Below, in pieces: positions 38,803 through 48,791 of a stretch of 64,000 nucleotides of DNA. The translations under genes and the position numbers were made by a program. This DNA comes from an uncultured Candidatus Bathyarchaeia archaeon (GTDB lineage Archaea > Thermoproteota > CALKCG01 > B24), in assembly GCA_964463005.1 (NCBI GenBank), contig CAYWZZ010000002.1, positions 27,939-91,938 of the forward strand. Reading direction: 5' to 3'. The notes under the pieces were generated by a model. The model saw nothing but the letters and a program-made list of their open reading frames with translations. It ran no database searches and was not told the DNA's origin. Within the stretch, counting starts at the first letter, position 1, and the number at the start of each line of letters is the position of its first letter.

Positions 38803-40296
38803 TCACAGACGGCTTTCGCACGGTTTAAAGAAGTACTTGTATAAGTGGTCTGAAATAGCGCAGTATTTTTCAAACAGCTTAGAATATTTGATGCTATTCT
38901 CAAGAATAGGGTTAAAAACTCTAGTGAGTTTAACAGCGGAATTACAGGCGTCGCTTAAACCACTATAATAGCCTAGCGCTTTAGCCGCTAAAATAGCTGC
39001 ACCTAAAGCAGAGCTCTCCTCAGTAGATGTCAAGAATACAGGAGTTTGGAAAACATCCGCTTGGATTTGATTTAGAAGGCTCATTTTAGCCCCGCCTCCA
39101 CCTACTCTAATCTCCTTTATAGGAAGGACGTATTTCTCAAGGATCTTTTTGATGTGATTTAATGCAAATGCAACCCCCTCTAAAACGGCCCTAGAAATGT
39201 CGGATAATTTATGCTTTAAAGTTAAACCGTATAGGACAGCTTTAGCCGTGGAACACCAAAGCGGAGCCCTCTCCCCTAGGAGATAGGGTAGGAATATTAA
39301 ACCGTTGGCACCTGGTTTGGCTTTAGAAGCTTCAAATTCGACTCGATTAAGGTCTCCGTTGAAAAAGTTTTCTGCAAACCATTCAAAAGATAACCCAGCT
39401 GAGTTTATAGCACCACCTATACACCAGAGCCCTTCTGCTAAACTATGGCAGAAAAACCTCGCACTTCGTGATTTATCGAGCACGATGCGGTTAGAGGACA
39501 CTCTAATCGCTCCACTAGTCCCTATGTTTAGGGCCGCTACACCTTCTTTTAAGACACCTAAACCTATATTCTGAAGCATACCGTCTCCACCCCCACAGAT
39601 TACGGGAACTTTCTTAGAGAGACCGATCTCCTCTGCAGAACGCTCTTTAATATAGCCGACTATGGATTCTGCTTCAACGACTTCTGGAAGCTTATCAAAG
39701 TCTAAGCCAATTGCTTCAAGTATTTCGTGATCCCACTGATTCTTGCGTATATTGAAGAGTGCTGTAGCTGAAGCCAATATATTATCTGTAACGTAAATGT
39801 TCAAAAGCTTATATAGTACGTAGTCCTTTATCGATAAAACCTTATGAACTTTATTGAACACTTCGGGATAGTTTCTCCTAAACCAGAGGATTTTAGAAGC
39901 GGGCATGATGGGACTGATGTGGCATCCAGTTCTACGGTAGAGTTCATACACACCTATAGCCTTTGAAAGATCCGATGTCTCTGCGATGCTTCTAGAATCC
40001 ATCCAATTAAGTATGGGGCTTAAACAATCTCCATCCCTGTCAATGAATACCACACTGTACAATTGAGAACTAAAGGTTAAAGCCTCTACTTCACCCTTAA
40101 TGTTTTTGACGCAAGTCTTAATAGCTTCAACTACTGAACTTAAAACTTCATCAGGCTTCTGCTCAGCCCAACCTTCATTAGGTGTATATACCCTACATCG
40201 AACACTACTTTTAAAAACCTGCCTCCCTTCTAAATCAAAGGCCACAGCTTTAACATTGGTCGTACCTATATCTACACTAACTATGTAACCCGTCAA
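38803..40296 (-). CDS. FGGY-family carbohydrate kinase (gluconokinase/xylulokinase-like)
   Basis: DIGTTNVKA N-terminus. GGGA C-terminal ATP motif. Confidence 0.7.
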   Translation of the reverse strand: MTGYIVSVDIGTTNVKAVAFDLEGRQVFKSSVRCRVYTPNEGWAEQKPDEVLSSVVEAIKTCVKNIKGEVEALTFSSQLYSVVFIDRDGDCLSPILNWMDSRSIAETSDLSKAIGVYELYRRTGCHISPIMPASKILWFRRNYPEVFNKVHKVLSIKDYVLYKLLNIYVTDNILASATALFNIRKNQWDHEILEAIGLDFDKLPEVVEAESIVGYIKERSAEEIGLSKKVPVICGGGDGMLQNIGLGVLKEGVAALNIGTSGAIRVSSNRIVLDKSRSARFFCHSLAEGLWCIGGAINSAGLSFEWFAENFFNGDLNRVEFEASKAKPGANGLIFLPYLLGERAPLWCSTAKAVLYGLTLKHKLSDISRAVLEGVAFALNHIKKILEKYVLPIKEIRVGGGGAKMSLLNQIQADVFQTPVFLTSTEESSALGAAILAAKALGYYSGLSDACNSAVKLTRVFNPILENSIKYSKLFEKYCAISDHLYKYFFKPCESRL

Positions 40297-40433
40297 AACT
40301 TTTCGAGAGATGTGTATTTTCCAAGGTGGTTTTAAAGTTTTACAATACTGGGCAATTTTTTGGAGAATTCTCTGGGTAGAAATATTTTAAATGCTAATAC
40401 TATTGAACAAGATTAAGTAAAGAGGGGCTTATT

Positions 40434-41372
40434 TTGTTCGAAGAATTAGGGCTAGTTGGCAACTCACTTATTCTTCTAGTAGCACTGGTTATCCTCGATA
40501 AAGCAAGTGACTGGACGATATTAAACTCTGTTAGGGTTGCGGATATAACTGGTTTCGGAAAAACAACTATGTTTCATACTAGTCGCGTTTTCCACTTCCC
40601 TGCCCGAACTTTTCGTTTCAATTTTCGCAACGATGGGTGGAGAAAATATAGGCATAGCTATTGGAAACGTTTTAGGCTCAAACATTGCAAACATCTGCCT
40701 TATACTTGGCGTATGCTTCCTAATCGTAACACTGAAAAGCTCAGATATCATAGAACTTGCAGTAATAATGGCGAAGGAGGAAATAGGAACACTCTACTCT
40801 GGACTTTTTTGGGCCTCTATCATTCCGTTAGCGCTTCTTTACATTGGATATGCCAGTAGAATTATCGGTATAATTCTCCTATCGATTTTTATGTTCTACG
40901 TATACCGGCTTTCAAAAACGAAAAACATTAGGGATGAGGGAGCTTTAGGAGATGAACGTCGAAGACTCCCAGATACGTGCTCTTTACAATTTTAGGAGCC
41001 GTTTTGGTGGTTGTAAGTTCATATTTCATTGTAGACTCTGCTTCTAACATTGCTAAAGACCTAGGAGTCCCGAAGGTTGTTATAGGCGCTACGATAGTCG
41101 CCTTTGGAACAAGCTTGCCAGAACTAATGACAAGTATAAGTGCTACTCAGAAAGGGCATATAGACTTGACTTTGGGCAACATCGTTGGAAGTTGCTTCGT
41201 AAACATAACATGTATTTTAGGCGTTGCATTAGTACCTACAAGGTTAAGTGTCAACATGGCTGCATTTTCAAATTTGGTAACGTTTTCACTTATAGTAAAC
41301 CTCCTACTTTGGTATTTCCTATCTAGTGAAAGAGTGGGCTGGAGGGAGGGAGTGATGTTGCTTTTCCTGTAG
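40434..41372 (+). pseudogene. CaCA-family cation/Ca2+ antiporter (YrbG-like) broken by two frameshifts
   Basis: Both alpha-repeats (GTSLPEL) are present, but in three frames (40434-40560, 40549-40995, 40956-41372). The first shift is at an A5 run near 40556-40562. The total length equals one 313-aa protein. Confidence 0.6.
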
Positions 41373-41475
41373 TTAGTGTTTCTTGTAGTCAATTTTGGAG
41401 GTTACAGGATCTAGGAAACACTTTAAGTTTCCAATCGAAAATGTAAGTTTATGAAAATTTATCCTCTTATCACCG

Positions 41476-43311
41476 TTAATCCTCTAAGCTGATTATTAAG
41501 TCTAAGTTTAACCGTTTAATCGTCTCAGACTTCGGTATACCATTTTCATCCCATCCCCGTAGGATGTAGTACTCGTTTAACATTTTATCTAATTCGACTA
41601 TTGAGCCTTTAGCAGGCCCCTCTGGCATAGCTTCTTCTAAAAGCCTACGTGGTAAACAGTCGTCTCTCCGTCTAACGCCTTCCCTTACATTGAACAGACG
41701 CGTTAAATTGTATACTCTCTCACCAATAGTTCTCAACGTATCTGCTTCATTAAGCGGGAGGCCAGTGGCCGTAGCTAACATTTCACCTATTTCTCTAAAC
41801 GATAAGGCAAATGATGCGAAGAAGCATATGCCTGTAGAATCTATTAGTGCCTTTTCATTCTGGTAATCTACCACAAGCTTCGCTTTCCCATCCGCTTTAA
41901 CCGGGTCTACAGCTCCACCATATGCTAAAAGTTCTTTGTCAGCCGTATATGCTCTCAGATGACATGCACCTCTATCTGAAGTAGCGTATCCTAAACCCAT
42001 ACCTTTAGAGGCTCTAGGCTCATAACCTGGCATTTCTAAACCTTTAACATGCATAGCTATATCTTCGCAACCATATTTAACGCTCAGCTTCTTAACACCA
42101 AGTCTAAGTTCTTTTCCAACACCATCGCCCTTGCATATCTTCTCCACAAGCCTCAATAAAGCTTCACTACTACCCCACTTAGCATTGACTCCATCTAGGT
42201 CTTCGCTCTTGAGAATCTTTCTCTCGTAAAGCTCCATGACGAAGCTGACTATAACACCCGTACTTATCGTATCTACGCCATATGCATCGCATAGCCAGTT
42301 AGCGTAAACTATCGCCTCTTTATCTGAAACCCCACATAATGGTCCCAACGCCCATAACGTCTCATAATCCGGACCGTCAACTACATGAGCTAGTGTAAAT
42401 GTCAGTTTACTGCAAGCTATCGGACATCCGAAACAAGCTCTATCCTTCTTCCAAAGTTCCCTACGCCACTCATAACCGGATATCTTCCAAGTATCTTGGA
42501 AGACCCCTGTTTTAAAGTTTTTAGTCGGTAGTGCACCAGCTTCGTTTATAGTCTCGATTATGTTGACTGTACCATAGGTGGGTAAACTTCTGGCTGTAAC
42601 CTCATGCATTCTAATTCTCCTATGAGCTCTCCAACATGCTTTCTTAAAGCCATCTGGATCGTAAACGGTTATAGGCTTCTCCCCCCTAACAGCTATACTC
42701 TTGAGATTTTTAGAGCCCATGACTGCTCCGGCTCCCCCTCTCCCAGCGCAACGTTGATCTGTGAATATTCCAGCTATCGGTACTAATTCTTCACCAGCTG
42801 GACCTATTGTTAAAACTCTAAATTCTTCACCAAGCCTATCTTTCACCTTCTTTTCAGCCTCCATGGTTTTTAAACCCATCAGCCAGTTAGCATCTTCAAC
42901 GTACACGTCCCCATCATCTATAACGATCATCGATAACTGGCTAGCTTTTCCAGTAATCATAACGGCGTCAAAACCAGCTTTCTTAAGCTCAACTCCGAAG
43001 AAGCCTCCACAGTTAGAGTCTAAGAATAGACCAGTATGAGGGCTCTTGGTTACGATACTGAAGCGGCAACTTGAAGGAGCCAATGTTCCAGTTAAAGGTC
43101 CAGTTGCCAGTATTAGAGGATTTTCAGGACTTAGAGGATCTACACCTCTACGTGTAGAATTGTACAGTAGGAGAGACCCCAACCCCTTCCCTCCTAGAAC
43201 CATTAAGGCATCTTTTTGAGATAACACAGCCTTTTCCACTCTTCCAGACGAAAGATCTAGTTTAGCTATAGCTCCTGCATACCCTCTACCTGAAAGGCTC
43301 AAATTCACCAA
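41476..43311 (-). CDS. aor: tungsten-type aldehyde:ferredoxin oxidoreductase (AOR family), intact
   Basis: 611 aa. GRGGAGAVMGSKNLK, EYETLWALG and C-terminal YYILRGWDENG motifs. Confidence 0.85.
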   Translation of the reverse strand: MVNLSLSGRGYAGAIAKLDLSSGRVEKAVLSQKDALMVLGGKGLGSLLLYNSTRRGVDPLSPENPLILATGPLTGTLAPSSCRFSIVTKSPHTGLFLDSNCGGFFGVELKKAGFDAVMITGKASQLSMIVIDDGDVYVEDANWLMGLKTMEAEKKVKDRLGEEFRVLTIGPAGEELVPIAGIFTDQRCAGRGGAGAVMGSKNLKSIAVRGEKPITVYDPDGFKKACWRAHRRIRMHEVTARSLPTYGTVNIIETINEAGALPTKNFKTGVFQDTWKISGYEWRRELWKKDRACFGCPIACSKLTFTLAHVVDGPDYETLWALGPLCGVSDKEAIVYANWLCDAYGVDTISTGVIVSFVMELYERKILKSEDLDGVNAKWGSSEALLRLVEKICKGDGVGKELRLGVKKLSVKYGCEDIAMHVKGLEMPGYEPRASKGMGLGYATSDRGACHLRAYTADKELLAYGGAVDPVKADGKAKLVVDYQNEKALIDSTGICFFASFALSFREIGEMLATATGLPLNEADTLRTIGERVYNLTRLFNVREGVRRRDDCLPRRLLEEAMPEGPAKGSIVELDKMLNEYYILRGWDENGIPKSETIKRLNLDLIISLED

Positions 43312-44549
43312 CCCCCTTCTACTCTTAAAGCATTTCTAGAACACCATTTCACACACTCTGGCAGACCATCACAGAGGTCGCATAGGAGAAGTCTTCCATT
43401 TATAAGCTTTAAGACTTTTACTGGACAAGAGTCAACGCAAACGCCGCAACCTTGACATAGCTCTGGTGAAACTTCCACAGCTCCTGTTCTACTATTCACT
43501 CTAAGCGCCCCATTTGGACAGGCGTTCACACAAGAATAACATAGATTACAAACATATGGGATGAAGGCTTTTCCATCTTCAGAAACTTTAACCCTCAATC
43601 TTGCTAATGAAGAGTTGAAAACCTTCTCATGAGAGAAACTGCATGCGAGCTCGCATATACGGCAACCACTACATCTCTCAACGTCGACTAGTATCCTAAC
43701 AGGAGGTTTGATTCTCTCTCTAAGAATGTCTGTTACTGTTTCCTTTCCATGAATTATCCTCCTCATAAGTCTAACGGCTTCATCTGGATTCGGATCTTGA
43801 ACTACATTCCTACCGAAGACCACCCCAACTGCACCAACATCTAAAACTTCAGATATAACCTCTAGAGAGTCCCTTATACTTAACGCCTTATAACCTCCTA
43901 AAACTAAAACTGGAACACCTGAGGATGCTTCAACAACCTCCTTAAACGAATATGGATCACCTGTATACGGAACCTTCAACGCATCAGCTCCAAGCTCTAC
44001 GGCCTTTTCAACAGCCTTCCTAACCATGTCGACGTAATTCGCCTTAGTAACCCTAGGACCCATGGGGAGCGGCTCTATGATCAAAGGCATGCTCCAAGTT
44101 TTACATTCGCTTGAAAACTCTTCAACCATCGCTATGTGATCATTCTCCCCCTCAAAACCTAGGAAAAGATATGTTACCACACCTGAAGCCCCAACCTTAA
44201 CAGCCTCCTTAACCGTAGCAACCTTGTTGAACTGTATGCTTCTAGCTGGTAACGTATACGTTTTATCTCTAAACGCATTGGTCCAGTCTACTCTGACGAG
44301 CATAGCTGGAGCGCCTTTACCTGTGAATAAGTGACTGAGCTTTCTAGCCTGACCTAGGCTTACTAGAATAGCGTCTGGTCCACCTGCTATGACCTTTCTA
44401 AGTGTCGCTTCTAAGTCTACAACACCCTTTATAGGTCCAAGCATTAAACCGTGATCCGCCGCTACGACTAAGCTTCTACCATCAGATGGATCTATAATCT
44501 TACTTAATCTGACAAGTTTGCCAAAGCTCAATTCAATCGAGCCTCCCAT
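43305..44549 (-). CDS. class-I (archaeal FbaB/DhnA-type) aldolase fused to C-terminal poly-[4Fe-4S] ferredoxin domain
   Basis: ELGADALKVPYTGD...PVLVLGGYK...VVFGRNVVQ matches the Thermoproteus-type class-I FBP aldolase, including the Schiff-base Lys. The C-terminal 140 aa carry 3-4 CxxCxxCxxxC(P) motifs. Confidence 0.7.
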   Translation of the reverse strand: MGGSIELSFGKLVRLSKIIDPSDGRSLVVAADHGLMLGPIKGVVDLEATLRKVIAGGPDAILVSLGQARKLSHLFTGKGAPAMLVRVDWTNAFRDKTYTLPARSIQFNKVATVKEAVKVGASGVVTYLFLGFEGENDHIAMVEEFSSECKTWSMPLIIEPLPMGPRVTKANYVDMVRKAVEKAVELGADALKVPYTGDPYSFKEVVEASSGVPVLVLGGYKALSIRDSLEVISEVLDVGAVGVVFGRNVVQDPNPDEAVRLMRRIIHGKETVTDILRERIKPPVRILVDVERCSGCRICELACSFSHEKVFNSSLARLRVKVSEDGKAFIPYVCNLCYSCVNACPNGALRVNSRTGAVEVSPELCQGCGVCVDSCPVKVLKLINGRLLLCDLCDGLPECVKWCSRNALRVEGGW

Positions 44550-45297
44550 GAACTATCGACAACACATCTGTCAGGAGATCGACTGGATTTCCGATGTTAA
44601 GAGATCTGCCTAAGACTATACCGTTTAATCCAATGTCAAGAACGCTTAGTAAAATATCTGAAAGGTTCTGTTGCATCTTTTCAATTACGAGCTTGGAAGA
44701 TGGATCCATGAGAAGCGTATAGGTCTTAACAGACTCTATGACGTTTTTCAAATCCTCGATGTTCTTAAGAGGCGGTACAGCTACTATGGAGGCACCTACT
44801 TCAACAGCCATTCTAGCAGCTAAGCCAACACTTTCACTATAATTTTCACTACTTACCCTTTCACCGAAGGGCACGGCTTCAACTATGAACGGCAATTCAT
44901 AATCGTAGCAAACGTCGGAAAGTATTGCTATAAGCTTCACGCTGTTAGAATCTATACGTTCATCTTCATGGCCTATCGTAAGGGTGGAAATGACCGCTGA
45001 AAAATCCATTCGTAAAGCTTCAACAACAAGTTCTTCAATGTTAGCCTTAGGGTTTGAAGACTGTAAAACTTCAGAGTTGACTCTCAAAATGTAGGATGGT
45101 GATCTTCTACCTAGAAACACATGCTTATTTTTAATTATAGACTCCGCATCCGCTACAATTAAACCGTCAAGTCTCTTAATGATACCAGTATCTGTTGCAA
45201 TAATCTTCTGGAAGGCAAAGTCATCACTACAATCGACTAAAACACACCTTAAATCCGTTGGATTCAAGATCCGCCCTATACGGATAGTAAACGTCAT
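44533..45297 (-). CDS. class-I aldolase-like paralog lacking the Schiff-base lysine (pseudo-enzyme or regulatory subunit?)
   Basis: Colinear with the aldolase domain, but the catalytic-Lys position reads ASIVAVPP instead of ADALKVPY. It overlaps the fusion gene by 17 nt. Confidence 0.55.
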   Translation of the reverse strand: MTFTIRIGRILNPTDLRCVLVDCSDDFAFQKIIATDTGIIKRLDGLIVADAESIIKNKHVFLGRRSPSYILRVNSEVLQSSNPKANIEELVVEALRMDFSAVISTLTIGHEDERIDSNSVKLIAILSDVCYDYELPFIVEAVPFGERVSSENYSESVGLAARMAVEVGASIVAVPPLKNIEDLKNVIESVKTYTLLMDPSSKLVIEKMQQNLSDILLSVLDIGLNGIVLGRSLNIGNPVDLLTDVLSIVHGRLD

Positions 45298-45339
45298 ATT
45301 CTAGTTTAATAATTTTGAGTTGGTCTATTTAAAGCTCTT

Positions 45340-46641
45340 TCATGACAATCCCTCAATAATAACGCCGCCGACGATTGTAGCTTCAACTTTAACGTTGAAG
45401 CACCCCGGCGCACCTTCAACCCTCAGCACTGTCAGATCCGCCTTCATTCCTTTTTCAATAACTCCTCTATCTGTCAACCCCTCCAATTTCGCTTGATTAG
45501 ATGATGTCAACATTGAGACTAATCTAATGGACTCGTCTAGGCTTCTAGAATCGACATCTATCATAAAACCAGAGTGGTTAACTGTGAACATGTTTAAGAG
45601 GTTTTGAAAAGCCCTATCCATAGTTAGCAAACTTGAGCATAGCGTATTTGGAGGCGCTGGCTTCACCTCTTCACCATCGAAGTACCCCTTTACCACTAGA
45701 ACGTCTTCAACGGGATGTTTGCAACATATCGTTGAAAATATTCTAAATTCCCCGACTGGAACTTCCCTTTTAATCGGAAATGCAGAGTCCGTTATAGCTA
45801 TGACTTCATGAGGTCTATTTTTACGAATTCTCCTCTCAATTATATCCGAGACGTAGCGGAAGTCTACATGATACCCGTCTACGATTATCTCCACGTATAA
45901 TGGTAGAGTTAACGCCGCTTCATACGTACCTCCACCGTCGAAGGGCTTGAAAGACTGGCCCATAGCTCCATTGGTTATGTGGACTATAAACTTTAACCCC
46001 AAGTTGAAGGCCTCTTCCACCTTTTTAGCTGAGGCTTTTGTATGTCCACATCCAACTATAACACCTTTAGATACTGCATACTTTATAAGATCAACCCCAA
46101 AATCTGGGACTATATTGACAAACTTAACAACACCAGTCTCCAACATGGAATCAAGCATGTGTTTCGCTCTGGGAGAATTAGGAGGAATTATGTAATCTTT
46201 GGGTTGAGCACCTGCACATTCAACGTTTATGAAAGTACCCTCTACATAAGCACCTTCAAATCTAGCACCTTCAACACCGTTCTCGTAAGATTCCATGTAG
46301 GTTTTACACGTTTTCAAATACGTTAAGAGGTCTTCAAACGGCATGGCTACGGTGGCTAAATGAAAAGCCGTAACCCCTTGACCTGCTAAAGCCTTCGAAA
46401 CCCTACTTATTCTATCAGGGTTTGTCAGAAATTTAGTTAAACCGATGATATCGTGCGTATGTTGTTCTCTAAAACCTGGAACAACATAACAGCCGTCGCA
46501 ATCAAAAACCTCCCCTTTAGATCTAACAGAGACACCTATATTACTGATATAGCCGTTCTCAACGACCAAGTTCCCCTTTAAAACACCTCTAGGTGTAACT
46601 ATCAAACCGTTTTTAAGAGTTAGACTCATGGCGATTATCAT
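45340..46641 (-). CDS. NagA-family amidohydrolase (N-acetylglucosamine-6-phosphate deacetylase-like)
   Basis: PGFREQHTHD, GCGHT, ITDS and SSLTMD motifs align with NagA. Confidence 0.65.
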   Translation of the reverse strand: MIIAMSLTLKNGLIVTPRGVLKGNLVVENGYISNIGVSVRSKGEVFDCDGCYVVPGFREQHTHDIIGLTKFLTNPDRISRVSKALAGQGVTAFHLATVAMPFEDLLTYLKTCKTYMESYENGVEGARFEGAYVEGTFINVECAGAQPKDYIIPPNSPRAKHMLDSMLETGVVKFVNIVPDFGVDLIKYAVSKGVIVGCGHTKASAKKVEEAFNLGLKFIVHITNGAMGQSFKPFDGGGTYEAALTLPLYVEIIVDGYHVDFRYVSDIIERRIRKNRPHEVIAITDSAFPIKREVPVGEFRIFSTICCKHPVEDVLVVKGYFDGEEVKPAPPNTLCSSLLTMDRAFQNLLNMFTVNHSGFMIDVDSRSLDESIRLVSMLTSSNQAKLEGLTDRGVIEKGMKADLTVLRVEGAPGCFNVKVEATIVGGVIIEGLS

Positions 46642-46703
46642 AATTCATTAAAACTCTTAGAGTTTTAATCTTACTATCAAGTAAACTGGTCGGTTAGAGA
46701 ATG

Positions 46704-47711
46704 CTAATATCTTCTCTCAACTATGAACTCCGTCAAAGCCTCTAGAAGGTCTCTAGCTTCTGTTTTAGGAAGCAATGTTAAAGCCTTTTTCGCCTTTGAA
46801 GAGTATTGATGGGCGAGTTTTTTGACGTACTCCACAGCTCCCGAAGACTCTATGAGCTCTATGGCTTCTAATATATGCTCCTTAGAAGCAGACCTATTAC
46901 CTAAAATCTCCATAAGTCTGCGTCTTCCACGGTCGTCAAGTCTATTTAAGGCTTCGAGTACAACTATGGTCTTCTTCCCCTCCCTTATATCACTTCCAAC
47001 AGGTTTACCCAGCTCTTCTTCAACGCCAGAAACCCCGAGTATGTCATCCACCATTTGAAAAGCGATACCAGAGTAAAATCCGTAGTTTTTCAAAGCTTCG
47101 ATCTTATTTGGAGACGCTTCAGCTATAAGCCCACCTATCTCTGCAGAAACCATATACAACCTAGCCGTCTTAAGGCCGATCATCTTCATGTAATCTTCCA
47201 CAGTCACGCTACGTACTGGCTTTTCAGCTAAAGCCATATCCATGGTTTGTCCTGCGCATATATCTATTAGAGCCTCAGAGAATCTTTCAATGACGCTCAC
47301 TATGACAGATTCTTTAACGCCCTCGGACTTCAGGTTTTTAGATAAAACTTTGAAGACTAATGCAAAAAGCATATCGCCTGATATTATGGCTTGAGGAGTA
47401 CCCCAGAGAACATGAACTGTTGGAACACCCCTCCTAGTTTCATCACGGTCAATGATATCATCGTGGATCAACGTAAACGTATGTAGAATTTCAACCGCCA
47501 CAGCAACGGGATACGGTTTGAAGCCAGTTCCACCACACGCTTCATAAGACTTCACAAGCATAAATGGTCTAAGCCGCTTACCGCCAGCTTTTAAAAGGTG
47601 GTAGCTGGATTCACGTAGAACATTGGGAATATCAAGCTCTTTCATAATTCTAGATAATTCGCTGGAAATGTTCTCCGAAATTTTAGATATTTCACCCATG
47701 AGATTTACCAT
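46704..47711 (-). CDS. idsA: geranylgeranyl diphosphate synthase (trans-prenyltransferase)
   Basis: FARM motif LIHDDIIDRD and SARM motif DDILG. Confidence 0.85.
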   Translation of the reverse strand: MVNLMGEISKISENISSELSRIMKELDIPNVLRESSYHLLKAGGKRLRPFMLVKSYEACGGTGFKPYPVAVAVEILHTFTLIHDDIIDRDETRRGVPTVHVLWGTPQAIISGDMLFALVFKVLSKNLKSEGVKESVIVSVIERFSEALIDICAGQTMDMALAEKPVRSVTVEDYMKMIGLKTARLYMVSAEIGGLIAEASPNKIEALKNYGFYSGIAFQMVDDILGVSGVEEELGKPVGSDIREGKKTIVVLEALNRLDDRGRRRLMEILGNRSASKEHILEAIELIESSGAVEYVKKLAHQYSSKAKKALTLLPKTEARDLLEALTEFIVERRY

Positions 47712-47714
47712 TAC

Positions 47715-48791
47715 TCACACCCTAACCTTCAACTTTCTAAATGTGGCCCACTCTCTGACAAAACCAGTTAGAATATACGGTTTCCTTTTAAGATCTTCTA
47801 TTCTCTCAGAGCCTGTTAAAACCATAGCCAACTTTAATTCTCCACATATCTTTTTTAAGAGTTTTAATACGCTTTCCCAACTTTCCATAGCAGGTTTGAG
47901 TAGAGGCAGTGCTAAACCAGCTAAATCCGCTCCTAAAACTAGAGCTTTAGCAACATCTAAACCGCTTCGAATACCTCCAGATGCCACTAATGGAATGTCT
48001 ACAGCAGTCCTCACCTCAAGTATGGAAATGGCCGTGGGTATCCCCCAATCCCAGAAAGTCTTAGAGAGCTCAGCCCTCTCCCAATCACCAGCTTCCATAC
48101 TTCTATAGTATTCTACGCCAGCCCAGCTTGTTCCACCCGCTCCAGACGCTTCAAGCGCATCGACTCCTGCGGATGCTAAAAGTTCAGCGTCTTCTCTACA
48201 TATGCCGGATCCAACTTCCTTAACTATTATTGGAAATTCAACTCTCGACTTCAACTCCCTGAGCTTATTTAGAACGCCTCTGAATATACGCGTCCCATCG
48301 TGTTGGAGGAATTCATGGAGGGGGTTTAAATGGATGGTTAAAGCATCTGCTTCAACCATTTCGACGAGCTTCTTCAATTCACCATATGGATAGGTTAAAA
48401 GCTCTTGAAAACCTATGTTAGCTGAAATGAATATGTGCTTCGCATTCTCCCTTGCAATTTTAAAGGAGTACGTGCAACTGGGGTTTTCAAGACACGCTCT
48501 ACCACTTCCAAGACACATACCTATACCAAGTTCCTCAGCGGCTTTAGCTAGATTTGCGTTTATCTTAGCCGCTTCAGCCATTCCACCAGTCATAGCGGAA
48601 ATGATCATCGGAGCTTTAAACCTAAACCCTAGAAACTCAACAGAGAGGTCTAGTTTTTCAAACTCAACCTCTGGGAGGCATCTGTGGATTAAATGTACGT
48701 TTTCAAAACCCGTTGTGATGTTTTTGACTTCAACCATCTTTTCAGAGCATATCCGTACATGGTCGCTCTTCCTTTTACTAGTAGAATCCAT
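47715..48791 (-). CDS. fni: isopentenyl-diphosphate isomerase type 2 (FMN-dependent)
   Basis: Overall IDI-2 similarity (…MTGG...). Operon context. Confidence 0.8.
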   Translation of the reverse strand: MDSTSKRKSDHVRICSEKMVEVKNITTGFENVHLIHRCLPEVEFEKLDLSVEFLGFRFKAPMIISAMTGGMAEAAKINANLAKAAEELGIGMCLGSGRACLENPSCTYSFKIARENAKHIFISANIGFQELLTYPYGELKKLVEMVEADALTIHLNPLHEFLQHDGTRIFRGVLNKLRELKSRVEFPIIVKEVGSGICREDAELLASAGVDALEASGAGGTSWAGVEYYRSMEAGDWERAELSKTFWDWGIPTAISILEVRTAVDIPLVASGGIRSGLDVAKALVLGADLAGLALPLLKPAMESWESVLKLLKKICGELKLAMVLTGSERIEDLKRKPYILTGFVREWATFRKLKVRV

